Virus record (IMG/VR): IMGVR_UViG_3300023184_000120
Span: 1 to 62,833 of that record
Strand: one strand, 5' to 3'
From: a virus
Lineage: Duplodnaviria > Caudoviricetes
Length of the DNA stretch: 62,833 nt
Under the pieces are notes generated by a model. The model made no database searches and was not told the origin of the DNA. It saw only the letters and a list, made by a program, of their open reading frames with translations. Shown in pieces: positions 8,149-17,700 of this stretch (the stretch's first letter is position 1; each line of letters opens with the position of its first letter). The position numbers and the translations under genes were made by a program.

Positions 8149-9708
8149 ATGGAAATTGTAGAAGACAGAGCACTTATCTTACGAACAAGGAACCCGCACA
8201 AATACTCAATCATCCCTAAGAGCAAAGCCATGCTTCGTGCAGACGGAGGCTATGATGTTGCTGTGTACTGGGGTCTTGATGAAGCGCGGGTCTTGCGTAA
8301 CCTAGGTGTAAAAGATGTACCTTCGCCTATCACTAGGCGCTACGATTGGCCGGGGCGATACACGCCAATGGCTCATCAAATCGAGACGTCAGCGTTCCTC
8401 ACGCTGTACAGAAGAGCCTTCGTGTTTTCCGAACCCGGCACGGGCAAGACACTGTCTGCATTGTGGGCGGCTGACTACTTGATGAAGTTAGGTAAGGTGC
8501 GCAGGGTTCTCATTCTGTGCCCCTTGTCCATCATGCATAGCGCATGGATGGGTGACCTTAACAACAGTATTATTCATCGCTCTGCCGTTATCGCGCACCA
8601 TGCTCAGGCTAGTCGGCGCATTGAGATGATCCAGCGTGACTACGAGATTGTGATTACCAACTACGAAGGCTTGAACCTGATTGCCGACGAGGTGCGTAAC
8701 GATGGCCGCTTTGACCTTGTGATTGTTGACGAAGCCAACGCATACAAGACACCCACGACACGCAGATGGAAGTCTCTTAACTCAATCCTTACGCCAACCA
8801 CGTACCTGTGGATGATGACGGGCACACCAGCGTCTCAGTCACCAGTGGATGCGTATGGCTTGGCTAAGTTGGTTAACCCTGATGGTGTGCCTAAGTTCTT
8901 TACTGCGTGGCGCGACAAAGTGATGAACAAGGTGACGCTGTTCAAGTGGGCGCCCAAGGCTGATGCCAAGGACAAGGTGCATGAGGCTCTCCAGCCAGCC
9001 ATTCGCTATACCAAAGCACAGTGCCTAGACTTACCGCCTGTCATTACCATGACGCGTGAGGTGCAGTTGACCCCGCAGCAAGCCAAGTACTACAACCTTC
9101 TCAAAGAACGTATGCTTGTGCAGACCGCAGGGGAGACCATCACAGCAGTCAATGCCGCCGCTGGTGTGAGTAAGCTGTTGCAGATCAGTTGTGGTGCGGC
9201 CTACACAGACGACAAGGAAGTTGTTGAGTTTGACTCTGCCCCTAGGCTTGCGGTACTGGAGGAGATACTGGAGGAGACTGATCGCAAGGTCATCATCTTC
9301 GCCTTGTTCCGTAGCACCATCGACACCATCAGCACATACCTCACCAAGAAGGGCATTGTCAATGAGTGCATCCACGGGGACGTAACGCCAAGCAAGCGTG
9401 GGCAAACGATCAATCGCTTCCAGACTGAAGCTGACCCGCGTGTACTGGTCATGCAGCCTGCGGCTTCTGCTCACGGCATCACGCTGACTGCCGCTGATAC
9501 TGTGGTGTTCTACGGGCCACTGATGAGTGTTGAGCAGTACATCCAGTGCTGTGCCCGTGCTGACCGCAAGGGGCAGGACTCAGACAAAGTTACTGTGATC
9601 CACATTCAGGGTAGCGCGATTGAGAGGAAGATGTTTAGTGCGTTGGCAGGGAAAGTTAGCGATAACTTACTTCTTACCGACATGTTTGAAACTGAAATTA
9701 AATCATGA
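8149..9708 (+). CDS. SNF2-like superfamily 2 helicase
   Basis: GTGKT, DEAN, TGTP, HGITLT and RADRKGQ motifs. Confidence 0.92.
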   Translation: MEIVEDRALILRTRNPHKYSIIPKSKAMLRADGGYDVAVYWGLDEARVLRNLGVKDVPSPITRRYDWPGRYTPMAHQIETSAFLTLYRRAFVFSEPGTGKTLSALWAADYLMKLGKVRRVLILCPLSIMHSAWMGDLNNSIIHRSAVIAHHAQASRRIEMIQRDYEIVITNYEGLNLIADEVRNDGRFDLVIVDEANAYKTPTTRRWKSLNSILTPTTYLWMMTGTPASQSPVDAYGLAKLVNPDGVPKFFTAWRDKVMNKVTLFKWAPKADAKDKVHEALQPAIRYTKAQCLDLPPVITMTREVQLTPQQAKYYNLLKERMLVQTAGETITAVNAAAGVSKLLQISCGAAYTDDKEVVEFDSAPRLAVLEEILEETDRKVIIFALFRSTIDTISTYLTKKGIVNECIHGDVTPSKRGQTINRFQTEADPRVLVMQPAASAHGITLTAADTVVFYGPLMSVEQYIQCCARADRKGQDSDKVTVIHIQGSAIERKMFSALAGKVSDNLLLTDMFETEIKS

Positions 9709-9715
9709 AAGGGGG

Positions 9716-9758
9716 TTGCAACCAATTGAATTACGTGTAAACTGTCCAACCTTAGACA
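9716..9758 (+). promoter_or_regulatory. Promoter-like sequence with adjacent 16-bp palindrome
   Basis: TTGCAA-16 nt-TAAACT; TGTCCAACCTTAGACA at 9743-9758. Confidence 0.5.
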
Positions 9759-9779
9759 ATAATTAAACAGGAGAAGCAA

Positions 9780-10181
9780 GTGTCAGAAGACTTAGTACCG
9801 CTAGACAAGCTAGCAAAAATCTACCGCAAACTGCGTAGCAAGATTGCCGACCTAACCCAAGAGTACGACACGCAAGTCGAAGTGCTCAAGGCGCAACAGG
9901 AAGAGATCAAGAACGCAATGAAAGACCAGATGAAGACGATGGGCGTCACATCTGTACGCACTACCGAGGGCACTGTCGTGCTGTCTGTAAAGACGCGTTA
10001 CTCCACACAGGACTGGGATGAATTCAAGAAGTTCGTCATAGCCCACGAAGCCATCGAGCTTTTGGAGAAGCGTATTGCACAGACCAACATGAAGCAGTTC
10101 TTGGAAGAAAACCCCGGGGTCGTACCGCCCGGACTTAACTCAGCCTCTGAGTACGATATCTCTGTACGTAAACCAACTTAA
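9780..10181 (+). CDS. Conserved phage coiled-coil protein (replication/recombination module)
   Basis: Coiled-coil N-terminus, DWDEF..FV and PPG motifs; position before SSB-like gene. Confidence 0.7.
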   Translation: MSEDLVPLDKLAKIYRKLRSKIADLTQEYDTQVEVLKAQQEEIKNAMKDQMKTMGVTSVRTTEGTVVLSVKTRYSTQDWDEFKKFVIAHEAIELLEKRIAQTNMKQFLEENPGVVPPGLNSASEYDISVRKPT

Positions 10182-10193
10182 ATGGAAATCAAA

Positions 10194-11165
10194 ATGAGCA
10201 ATATTGCAATGTTCAACCCCTCAAATGTGCCGTCGTTCGCTAAGAACGCGGCTTTGTCTGCAACTACTTTGGCCTTGGCTGGCGGTGTCAACACCAGTGC
10301 CGGCATGAAGCGCGTTTCCATCAAGGGTGGCGTGTTCCGTCTGCTTGCTGGTGGCAAAGAGGTTGCCGCTATCGATGAGCGCTTCTTGGATGTGATCGTG
10401 GTCAAGGCTGCCCCCAAGGTCAGCCGTATCTTCTACGCAGGCTCCTACGACAAGGACGCGGCGGCTGCACCCCCTGACTGCACCTCTGGTGATGGTGACA
10501 AGCCCGATGCAGGCGTGAGGAACCCACAGGCTTCTAGCTGCGCCGCTTGCCCACAGAACATCGCTGGGTCGGGCAATGGTAATAGCCGTGCTTGCCGTTA
10601 CCAACAGCGTTTGGCTGTGGTTTTGGCTAACAACCCTGAAGGCGATGTGTTGCAAGTTACTCTGCCAGCTACATCCATCTTTGGCAAGGAAGAAGGCGAC
10701 AAGCGCCCACTACAGGCATACGCCCGCTTCATGGCGGCTCAGACTCCCCCTGTTAACTTGGATGCCATCGTGACCCGCATGAAGTTCGACACCAAGGCTG
10801 AGTCTCCCAAGCTGATCTTTGCACCTGTGCGTTGGTTGACTAATGACGAGTACGAGATTGTGCAGACTCAGAGCACATCAAAGGATGCTGAAAAGGCTGT
10901 ATCTTCAACCCCTGCGGCTGTGGATGGCGTTACTGCCCCTGCTCCGTTGGCTCTAGAAGGCAAACGTCCTATGGGCAAGATGCTGGATGAAGACGAGGCC
11001 GAAGCTATGGCTGAAGTTAAAGCCGCTAAGCCCAAGAAAGCCAAGGCGGTTGAGGTTGAGGCCGAAGAGGAACCCGAAGTTCGCAAGGCTCCTGCCAAGG
11101 TTGAAGCCGCCCCAGCTAAGAAGAACAAGCTGGCCGACATCGTTGCTGATTGGGACGATGAGTAA
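10194..11165 (+). CDS. Putative single-stranded DNA-binding/annealing protein
   Basis: Four-Cys site (C...CAACP...C), Ala/Lys/Glu-rich linker, acidic WDDE tail; replication context. Confidence 0.55.
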   Translation: MSNIAMFNPSNVPSFAKNAALSATTLALAGGVNTSAGMKRVSIKGGVFRLLAGGKEVAAIDERFLDVIVVKAAPKVSRIFYAGSYDKDAAAAPPDCTSGDGDKPDAGVRNPQASSCAACPQNIAGSGNGNSRACRYQQRLAVVLANNPEGDVLQVTLPATSIFGKEEGDKRPLQAYARFMAAQTPPVNLDAIVTRMKFDTKAESPKLIFAPVRWLTNDEYEIVQTQSTSKDAEKAVSSTPAAVDGVTAPAPLALEGKRPMGKMLDEDEAEAMAEVKAAKPKKAKAVEVEAEEEPEVRKAPAKVEAAPAKKNKLADIVADWDDE

Positions 11166-11172
11166 CTAAATC

Positions 11173-11220
11173 GGGGGGAACGTCGTGCAACATGCTTGCG
11201 GACGAGCGGCTAGTACCCCC
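11173..11220 (+). other. Structured intergenic RNA element (GC stem with GAA/AGUA loop)
   Basis: GGGGG-GAA...AGTA-CCCCC enclosing a CGTC/GACG and GCAA/TTGC stem. Confidence 0.5.
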
Positions 11221-11231
11221 ACCTTAAACAC

Positions 11232-11525
11232 ATGGCGTACTCACAAAAAATAATTGACGAGGTAGCGAAGACACCCAAGTCTCTGGGCAACCAGCTTGGG
11301 CGTTGGGCGATCCATCTTGACTTTCCGGTCACGAAGATTGCCTATGCTCTGGGCGTCTCAAGGCAGACTGTTTACAACTGGTTCACTGGCACTGAGGTGT
11401 TCGTGGCCTATCGTAACCGCGTCGAATTCTTAACTCACATAATGAAGACCTCACGCACAGCGGACGAGGCATGGAGAAAAATATGTACGGAATACAACCT
11501 CGATCCCTCACCACGCAAGAGCTAA
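11232..11525 (+). CDS. Cro/XRE-like helix-turn-helix regulator
   Basis: VTKIAYALGVSRQTVYNWFTG. Confidence 0.85.
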   Translation: MAYSQKIIDEVAKTPKSLGNQLGRWAIHLDFPVTKIAYALGVSRQTVYNWFTGTEVFVAYRNRVEFLTHIMKTSRTADEAWRKICTEYNLDPSPRKS

Positions 11526-11665
11526 TTCGGTTTAGCGCTGAACTCATTGAACTTGATACCGGACTGCCCAAGGAGTGGCAACTAGAAGTTCTTAGACGCT
11601 TGACTGTGATGGCCCCACCTGACGGGTCAACAACTAAAGACACACGCCAACTCGAACTCTTCTGA
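11483..11665 (+). CDS. Small hypothetical protein ending in QLELF
   Basis: GGAG RBS; C-terminal QLxLF resembles a beta-clamp binding motif. Confidence 0.6.
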   Translation: MYGIQPRSLTTQELIRFSAELIELDTGLPKEWQLEVLRRLTVMAPPDGSTTKDTRQLELF

Positions 11666-11679
11666 CCGCAAGGACTTGA

Positions 11680-14574
11680 ATGACTCCGCTTGAGTTTTTA
11701 GCGGTTGTTCTGCCGCCGCCAGAATTTGGTCGGTACTGCGTAGCAGAACTAACTAGGACGAAAGAGCATGTCTTTGTTGACTCGCTCGATCAGACAACAA
11801 CGCCAATCAAAGGTTGGCACGATAGCAAGTTGGATGTTTACTTTGCCTTGGCTACCTTTGGCAAGGAAGACAATCGGCAAGCTACCAACGCAAGGTATGT
11901 AAAGTCCCTGTTCATCGACATGGATGGATACGCATCGAAGAAAGATGCCGCCCTTGCGCTCAATGCGTTCTTGGAGAAGACTGGCCTTGATGCCTTGGGT
12001 ACGCCCTATGTGGTGGGTTCTGGTGGCGGGTTGCACTGCTACTGGCCGCTACTCACTGCCGTTCCTATTGATTCGTGGAAGCCGGTGGCTGAGAACTTTA
12101 AACGCCTGTGCAAGCAGGAGAACATGGCCATCGACATGACCGTGACGGCTGACGCCGCCCGAGTCTTGCGTGTGCCTGATACCACCAACTTCAAGAAGAA
12201 GTACGCAACGCCGCGCCCTGTGCGCATACTGACTGAAGGCGATGTGTTCAGCTTCGAGGGGCTGGCAACTCTCATCCGAGAGAAACTGACAGGCTCAGTA
12301 TATGAGCCTGTAGCTATGCCATCACTTGACTTGCCCGGCCAGCGCCCAGCCAAGGCAACGCCCTCGGCTACGACAGTTAAGTTGTATGAGAACAGCATAA
12401 CCAAGTTCAAACCTATCTGGCTTGCTACGCAGAATGGTCGTGGCTGTGGTCAGTTAGCGAACTACGTGGAGCATGCAACCGAGGACGGCATGGAGCCGAT
12501 TTGGAGAGGCTTGCTGTCATGGACAAAGGTTTGTGAGGACGGCAACAAGGCGGCGGTGTGGCTAAGCAAGATGCATCCGTATGAGCCTGAGCGCATGAAC
12601 CAGAAGCTGCAAAGCATCAAGGGGCCATACCCCTGCGTCAAGATGGACTCAGAGAACCCCGGAGTGTGCCAGTCGTGCTCACACTGGGGCAAGATAACCA
12701 ACCCCCTGATCTTAGGGCGCGAGTTGTCTGTTGAGGTGGAAGAGAAAGAGATCGAGGTCAAGCTGACAAGTGACAGCACAGTCACTGCGAAAGAAGTCGT
12801 CAAGGTCATGCGCCCAACACCGCCACGGGGTTACGCCTACGGCACGAACGGCGGCGTGTTCATGGAGCGCATAGTAGAAGATGACGAGGGCGTCAAGTCC
12901 AAGAAGCAAGTGATGCTGTTGCCCTACGAGTTGTTCGTGGTGGACATCCTCAATAGCAACAACGACCACACTGTGCACCTGATTGCGCTCAGACCTGAAG
13001 GGGCGATAAACGTAACCATGCCGCAGAAGGCGGTGGTCAGCAAAGACGAAACGGTGAAAGCACTGGCAAGCCAAAACATAGTGGCGGCTTTTGGTGCCAA
13101 CAATGACAAAAACTTATTTGAATATGTGAGGGCATGCGTGGAAGAATCTAGCACTAACAAAGTACCAATCAAAGTTCCCGATAGCTATGGTTGGCAACCT
13201 GACAACTCGTATGTATTTGCGGGTCGTATCTTCACTAAGGGTAAACCCCCAGTCAAAGTCCCAATGCCGGGCTTGGAGAACATCACCAAGAACACCGAGC
13301 CTCGTGGCACTATGGAGCAGTGGCGCATCTTCATAGAGATGATGATTGCCAAGAAGATGTGGGATCACCTAGCCGTTTTGCTTGCGGGTGCTGGCGCACC
13401 TTTCATGCGCTTCACAGGTATCTACGGCATGACATACCACTGTGCCAGTACCGAATCTGGTACGGGTAAGACGCTTGCTCTGGAGGCTGCAGCATCGGTC
13501 TGGGGACACCCAACCCACTACCGCACAGGCAAGAGCACATCTCCTGTGGCTATGCAACAGCGCTTGGGTCTGCTCAACAGCCACCCGCTTATCACTGACG
13601 AGATCACATCCAAGAACCGAGACGACTTCGAGTGGTTGCCTGAGTTCCTATTGGACATGACCGAAGGCCGTGGCAAAGAGCGTATGGAGTCTGGCTCCAA
13701 CAAAGAGCGCCTGAACTTGTCAACTTGGATGACCAACGCTTTGATGTCATCTAACACCCACATCGTGGACTATTTGACTGGTGGCCGTACCCATTCATCT
13801 GAGGGTGAACTGCGCCGCTTGCTTGAGTTTGTGCTTGAGGACGAGTTGTCTTGGGAGCCACACGAGATTGAGATCATCAAGTCCTTGCAAGCCAACTATG
13901 CAGTAGCGGGCTACGCCCTGTCTCAGTACCTTGCTGACAATGTGGATCAGTTCCCTAAGATGGTGGGCGAAGCCGTTGCCGGTATGTACACTGAGTTCAA
14001 GGCGACCAACGATGAGCGCTTCTGGATGGCAGGGGTTGGATGCTCTATATGCGCCCTCAAAGCGTTTAAAGAGCTAGGCGTGGTGGACATACCCTATCGC
14101 CCTATTCTGAACTCCTACAAGAAGGCTGTGGACTACATGCGAGCCAGTATGAAGAGCAGTGTGCGCACCGCTGTGGATGTACTGAACTCCTACACCCGTG
14201 ACAACTATGGCAGTTTCGTAGTTATTAAACCTAGCAAGGGCGGCCTCATGGCTGAACTGGGTAGCGGCAAGGACATTGACTTGACCATCACACGCAACAA
14301 GGTGTTTGGGCGGGTGGAGCATGAGCCGATCCCCAACCACATCGACTATTTCATCGAGGAGCAACTGCTCAAGGCGTACTGTGCCACCATGAGCTTTGGA
14401 TATTCATCCTTTAAGCGCCAGCTTGAACAACTGTACAACGTAGAGTATCTTAAGAAAGATATGATGGCCAAGACCAAAGGGCCACAGATGCGGGTCACAG
14501 TTATGAAAATCAGACGTGAGATTATTGAAGCCGATGAAGTACTCCTCACTGCGCCTTCCGTGGGAGAAAGTTGA
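11680..14574 (+). CDS. Primase-helicase fusion (AEP/RepB-like primase, DUF927-like domain, P-loop ATPase)
   Basis: FIDMD, SGGGLHCYW, RVLRVP.T.N primase motifs; Cys cluster; SGTGKT Walker A; ITDE Walker B. Confidence 0.85.
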   Translation: MTPLEFLAVVLPPPEFGRYCVAELTRTKEHVFVDSLDQTTTPIKGWHDSKLDVYFALATFGKEDNRQATNARYVKSLFIDMDGYASKKDAALALNAFLEKTGLDALGTPYVVGSGGGLHCYWPLLTAVPIDSWKPVAENFKRLCKQENMAIDMTVTADAARVLRVPDTTNFKKKYATPRPVRILTEGDVFSFEGLATLIREKLTGSVYEPVAMPSLDLPGQRPAKATPSATTVKLYENSITKFKPIWLATQNGRGCGQLANYVEHATEDGMEPIWRGLLSWTKVCEDGNKAAVWLSKMHPYEPERMNQKLQSIKGPYPCVKMDSENPGVCQSCSHWGKITNPLILGRELSVEVEEKEIEVKLTSDSTVTAKEVVKVMRPTPPRGYAYGTNGGVFMERIVEDDEGVKSKKQVMLLPYELFVVDILNSNNDHTVHLIALRPEGAINVTMPQKAVVSKDETVKALASQNIVAAFGANNDKNLFEYVRACVEESSTNKVPIKVPDSYGWQPDNSYVFAGRIFTKGKPPVKVPMPGLENITKNTEPRGTMEQWRIFIEMMIAKKMWDHLAVLLAGAGAPFMRFTGIYGMTYHCASTESGTGKTLALEAAASVWGHPTHYRTGKSTSPVAMQQRLGLLNSHPLITDEITSKNRDDFEWLPEFLLDMTEGRGKERMESGSNKERLNLSTWMTNALMSSNTHIVDYLTGGRTHSSEGELRRLLEFVLEDELSWEPHEIEIIKSLQANYAVAGYALSQYLADNVDQFPKMVGEAVAGMYTEFKATNDERFWMAGVGCSICALKAFKELGVVDIPYRPILNSYKKAVDYMRASMKSSVRTAVDVLNSYTRDNYGSFVVIKPSKGGLMAELGSGKDIDLTITRNKVFGRVEHEPIPNHIDYFIEEQLLKAYCATMSFGYSSFKRQLEQLYNVEYLKKDMMAKTKGPQMRVTVMKIRREIIEADEVLLTAPSVGES

Positions 14575-14740
14575 GAAAGGGCAGGGGTTCTTTGTCCCCT
14601 GCCTAGACACCGAAGCCATGAAAGAGTGGGGCTTGAAGAAAGCTTTTTCTCTCAGAATACTAGATGCCCACGCTAGCGTGGGCATCCTTAACGGCAAGCT
14701 AGGTGTTATGTTTTACCGGAAGCCTCAATCCGTTTCATAG
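14534..14740 (+). CDS. Hypothetical protein, last gene of the + arm
   Basis: LPWEKVEKGQGFFVPC; overlaps the primase end and the convergent giant gene. Confidence 0.6.
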   Translation: MKYSSLRLPWEKVEKGQGFFVPCLDTEAMKEWGLKKAFSLRILDAHASVGILNGKLGVMFYRKPQSVS

Positions 14741-17700
14741 CTTTCTCAAACTTGTCCGCCACATCTTGGCGTGCCGCATCGATTTTATCTAGCCTTGCAC
14801 GTTTCTCAGCCCCTGTCATGTTCTTCATGTTATTGATGCGGTCAACATCAGTGCGAAGCTTACCCATGACGTTTTGGTAGTTACGTGCTAAAGCTGCTGA
14901 TGCAACTAAAGCCCGGTTGTCTTCTAAGAAATCCCTAGCTTCCTGCCCCTGACCTTTCTTTCGCATGTCGTCAAAGGTAGCCTTGGCTTGCATAGATTCG
15001 CTTGCCATGCGGTACATAACATCAGAATCAGCACCCCCGTATTTCTTTTGGAATGAACTGCCAATGAACGGCAAGTCTGAGACACGCTTCTCAGCAGGTT
15101 CGCCACGAGTTTTTTTACGGAACAAACCATCAGCCGCGCCCATAACAATCAAAGGCAACTGACCAAAGTAACCTGTGGCAAGGTGTTCAATCTGCACAGG
15201 AGAAAATCCGGGCAACACTTTGCTCAACATCTTAGCCGCTTCGGTCGTAGTTTCAGAAAACCGCTGTTGTGGCGACAGCTTCTCCATACGCGCCGATTCA
15301 ATAGCTGAGTCGTTAAAAAAGCGCTTGTTGCTGTAGACCTCAAACGCGGGTTTAAAAATCTGCGGCACACCTCTGGAACTGTAGCCCGGCACTGACTGTA
15401 AGAACATGTCACGCAGAGCTTCCAACTGCTGGACGCCATCAACTTCAGCTTTCATAGCGTCAGATGCGGCAACAGCCAAGGAAAAGAACCAACCAGCCTC
15501 GTAAGGGATAGGCAGCTTCAATGGCTCGTCAACGCCCGGTAAGTGCAGGAAGAAGTTAGTGTAACGATCCTTTGGTTTAGCGTTCTTGTAGTACTCGTCA
15601 TCGTCCATAGCCATGGCGTAGACAATACCTGTAGCCACCAACAGCAATGCGTTGTTAAAAAACTTCTGCTGAATCTGCATCTGTTCTTCAAACGGCATCT
15701 GGCCACGGGCTGCTTTGTACAACACGTTCAAGCCTTGGATCTGCGCATTAAAGAACGGAATCAAACGGCTGGCGTACTGCACTGTGGGTGACAGACCGCG
15801 CTTGTAAAAGTTCATTGACTCGCGTACAGCCAAGTCAGCTTCCACTTCAGACAGTCCGTTTCTACGTGCGTTTTCATACACCAGCGCACGGGTGGCAGCA
15901 TCAGCACGCATTGCGTAACGGTCTGTTGCGGCAAACACTTTATCCAAAACGCTCTGGTCTTTACCGCTTGCCAACTGCAAAGCCATTTTAGCAACGTCGT
16001 CTGGGTCACCAGTGAAGATGCCACTCTGGATCAGACCCTTTTTAATCATCTCTTCGTTGATCGGGCTTTGTCCACGGCTGGAAGCTACAAACTCTTTACC
16101 AGCTTTGACCACCGCTGTCAGGGGGTTGTAGTCCAGACCACCCGTAAACGCTGCGGCCATTGGGTCACGAACCAACTGACGCGCAATATAGATTGGCATG
16201 CGAGTCACGCCAGAGCGCAAGATGTCACCAGCAATACCGCCAATCTTCAAGAACGCGGGAAGCGTCAGGTGAGCGCCCTCCAAGCTCTTCACAATTAACT
16301 CGGCAGGGATACCGCCCATGACGGTGTCACTAGTTTTAACTCGTAGCCAACGCTCGCCCTTGTCGTCTGGTTTGTCGGGATTAGGCTCTTGGTTAAAGCG
16401 AATAACGTCTGGGGACGCGGGGCCCATACCAATATGGATAGGCATAGCGCTAGTCGGCTTGCCGTCTTTGCCCACAGGCCCCTTACCTTCGCCAATCTTT
16501 TGGAACGCATACGCTAGATTCTTGGTAGCCAAGTTTGTCAGCGCCTTGTCCATGATGAGCAAAGAATTGCGTTGCAGTGTTTCGGTGATTGGTAGGATGC
16601 GAGTCTCACCGCCCACTAGTTCTTTCAGGTACGGCTGACGACGAATGTCGCCAATCGTTACAGTCACCTCATCGCTAAACACCAACTGCGCCATACCATT
16701 CTCGTTGACACGATAGAACGGTATGAAGTCACCCTCTTTCAGCAGTCTGTCAGCTTCAGCTTTGGTAATAGCGCCGGTTGATGCCAAGAACTTAATCTGG
16801 CCTTCGTTGTACGCGTTGTATGCAGAACGGGTTGCCTCCAGTGCATTTTTAAGTTTAGAGTCGGCGTTGGCTGCGGCAAGCGCGGCTTTAAGTTTTTCCT
16901 CTGTTACACCAAGAGCACCTAGGTCTAGCTTGGCCACGCCCTTGTTCATTGCACGTTGGGCAATCATGTAGGTGGTAGCTATGTTGGCTTTGGCTTCTGG
17001 ATCACCCATTGGAATGTCTGCAACAGACTTGAACACATCAAGCGCGTTATCCTTGTCAATAGACCTGACACCTTTAAAACCTTTTTCGTCGGTGTACAAC
17101 TCCATCGGCCCCTTTTGGAGCGAAGCATTTAACATTGCCATCTTCTGGTCGGCCATGACAATGTGTGACATAGCCTGAGTAAACAGCATGTCGTCGCCAA
17201 TCTCTTTGGCGCCAGCTTTCAAAGCTTCGCGCAAACCAGCGCGCATATCAACCAACTCCATTTCAGCTTGAAGAAATGGCTTAGTGCCAAGTTGTTCTTT
17301 CCAAGTTTTCTTCTTGGACATGATGTCTTTGGCCAAGTCAACCAGCGCATTCTCCTCACCATACTGCGCAGCCCGTGCGTAACGTGGCGTCTCTTCTGGC
17401 TCGATCATCTCCAGTACTGGTGGTTGGTCAGCTATGCGGTTGGGGATATCAACAGTTCCAAGCTGGCTTCTGCTGTCAATAAGCTTTTCTTCTGGCGCAA
17501 CAGTTTCAATGTCAAAAGCGGCGTTTACTTTCTTGGCAATTTTAAAAATGTCTGCCTTTGGAGAAACATGTTGCAGCTCCAACGCTTCTCGCACGCTCCA
17601 CAGCCACTCATACATGGTTGTTTCGTCTTGGTTGGTGTCACCGTCTGCGTAATTAACAGCCTGTTGACCTAGTGCTTCTTTTGTAGCTTTGCGCAACGTT

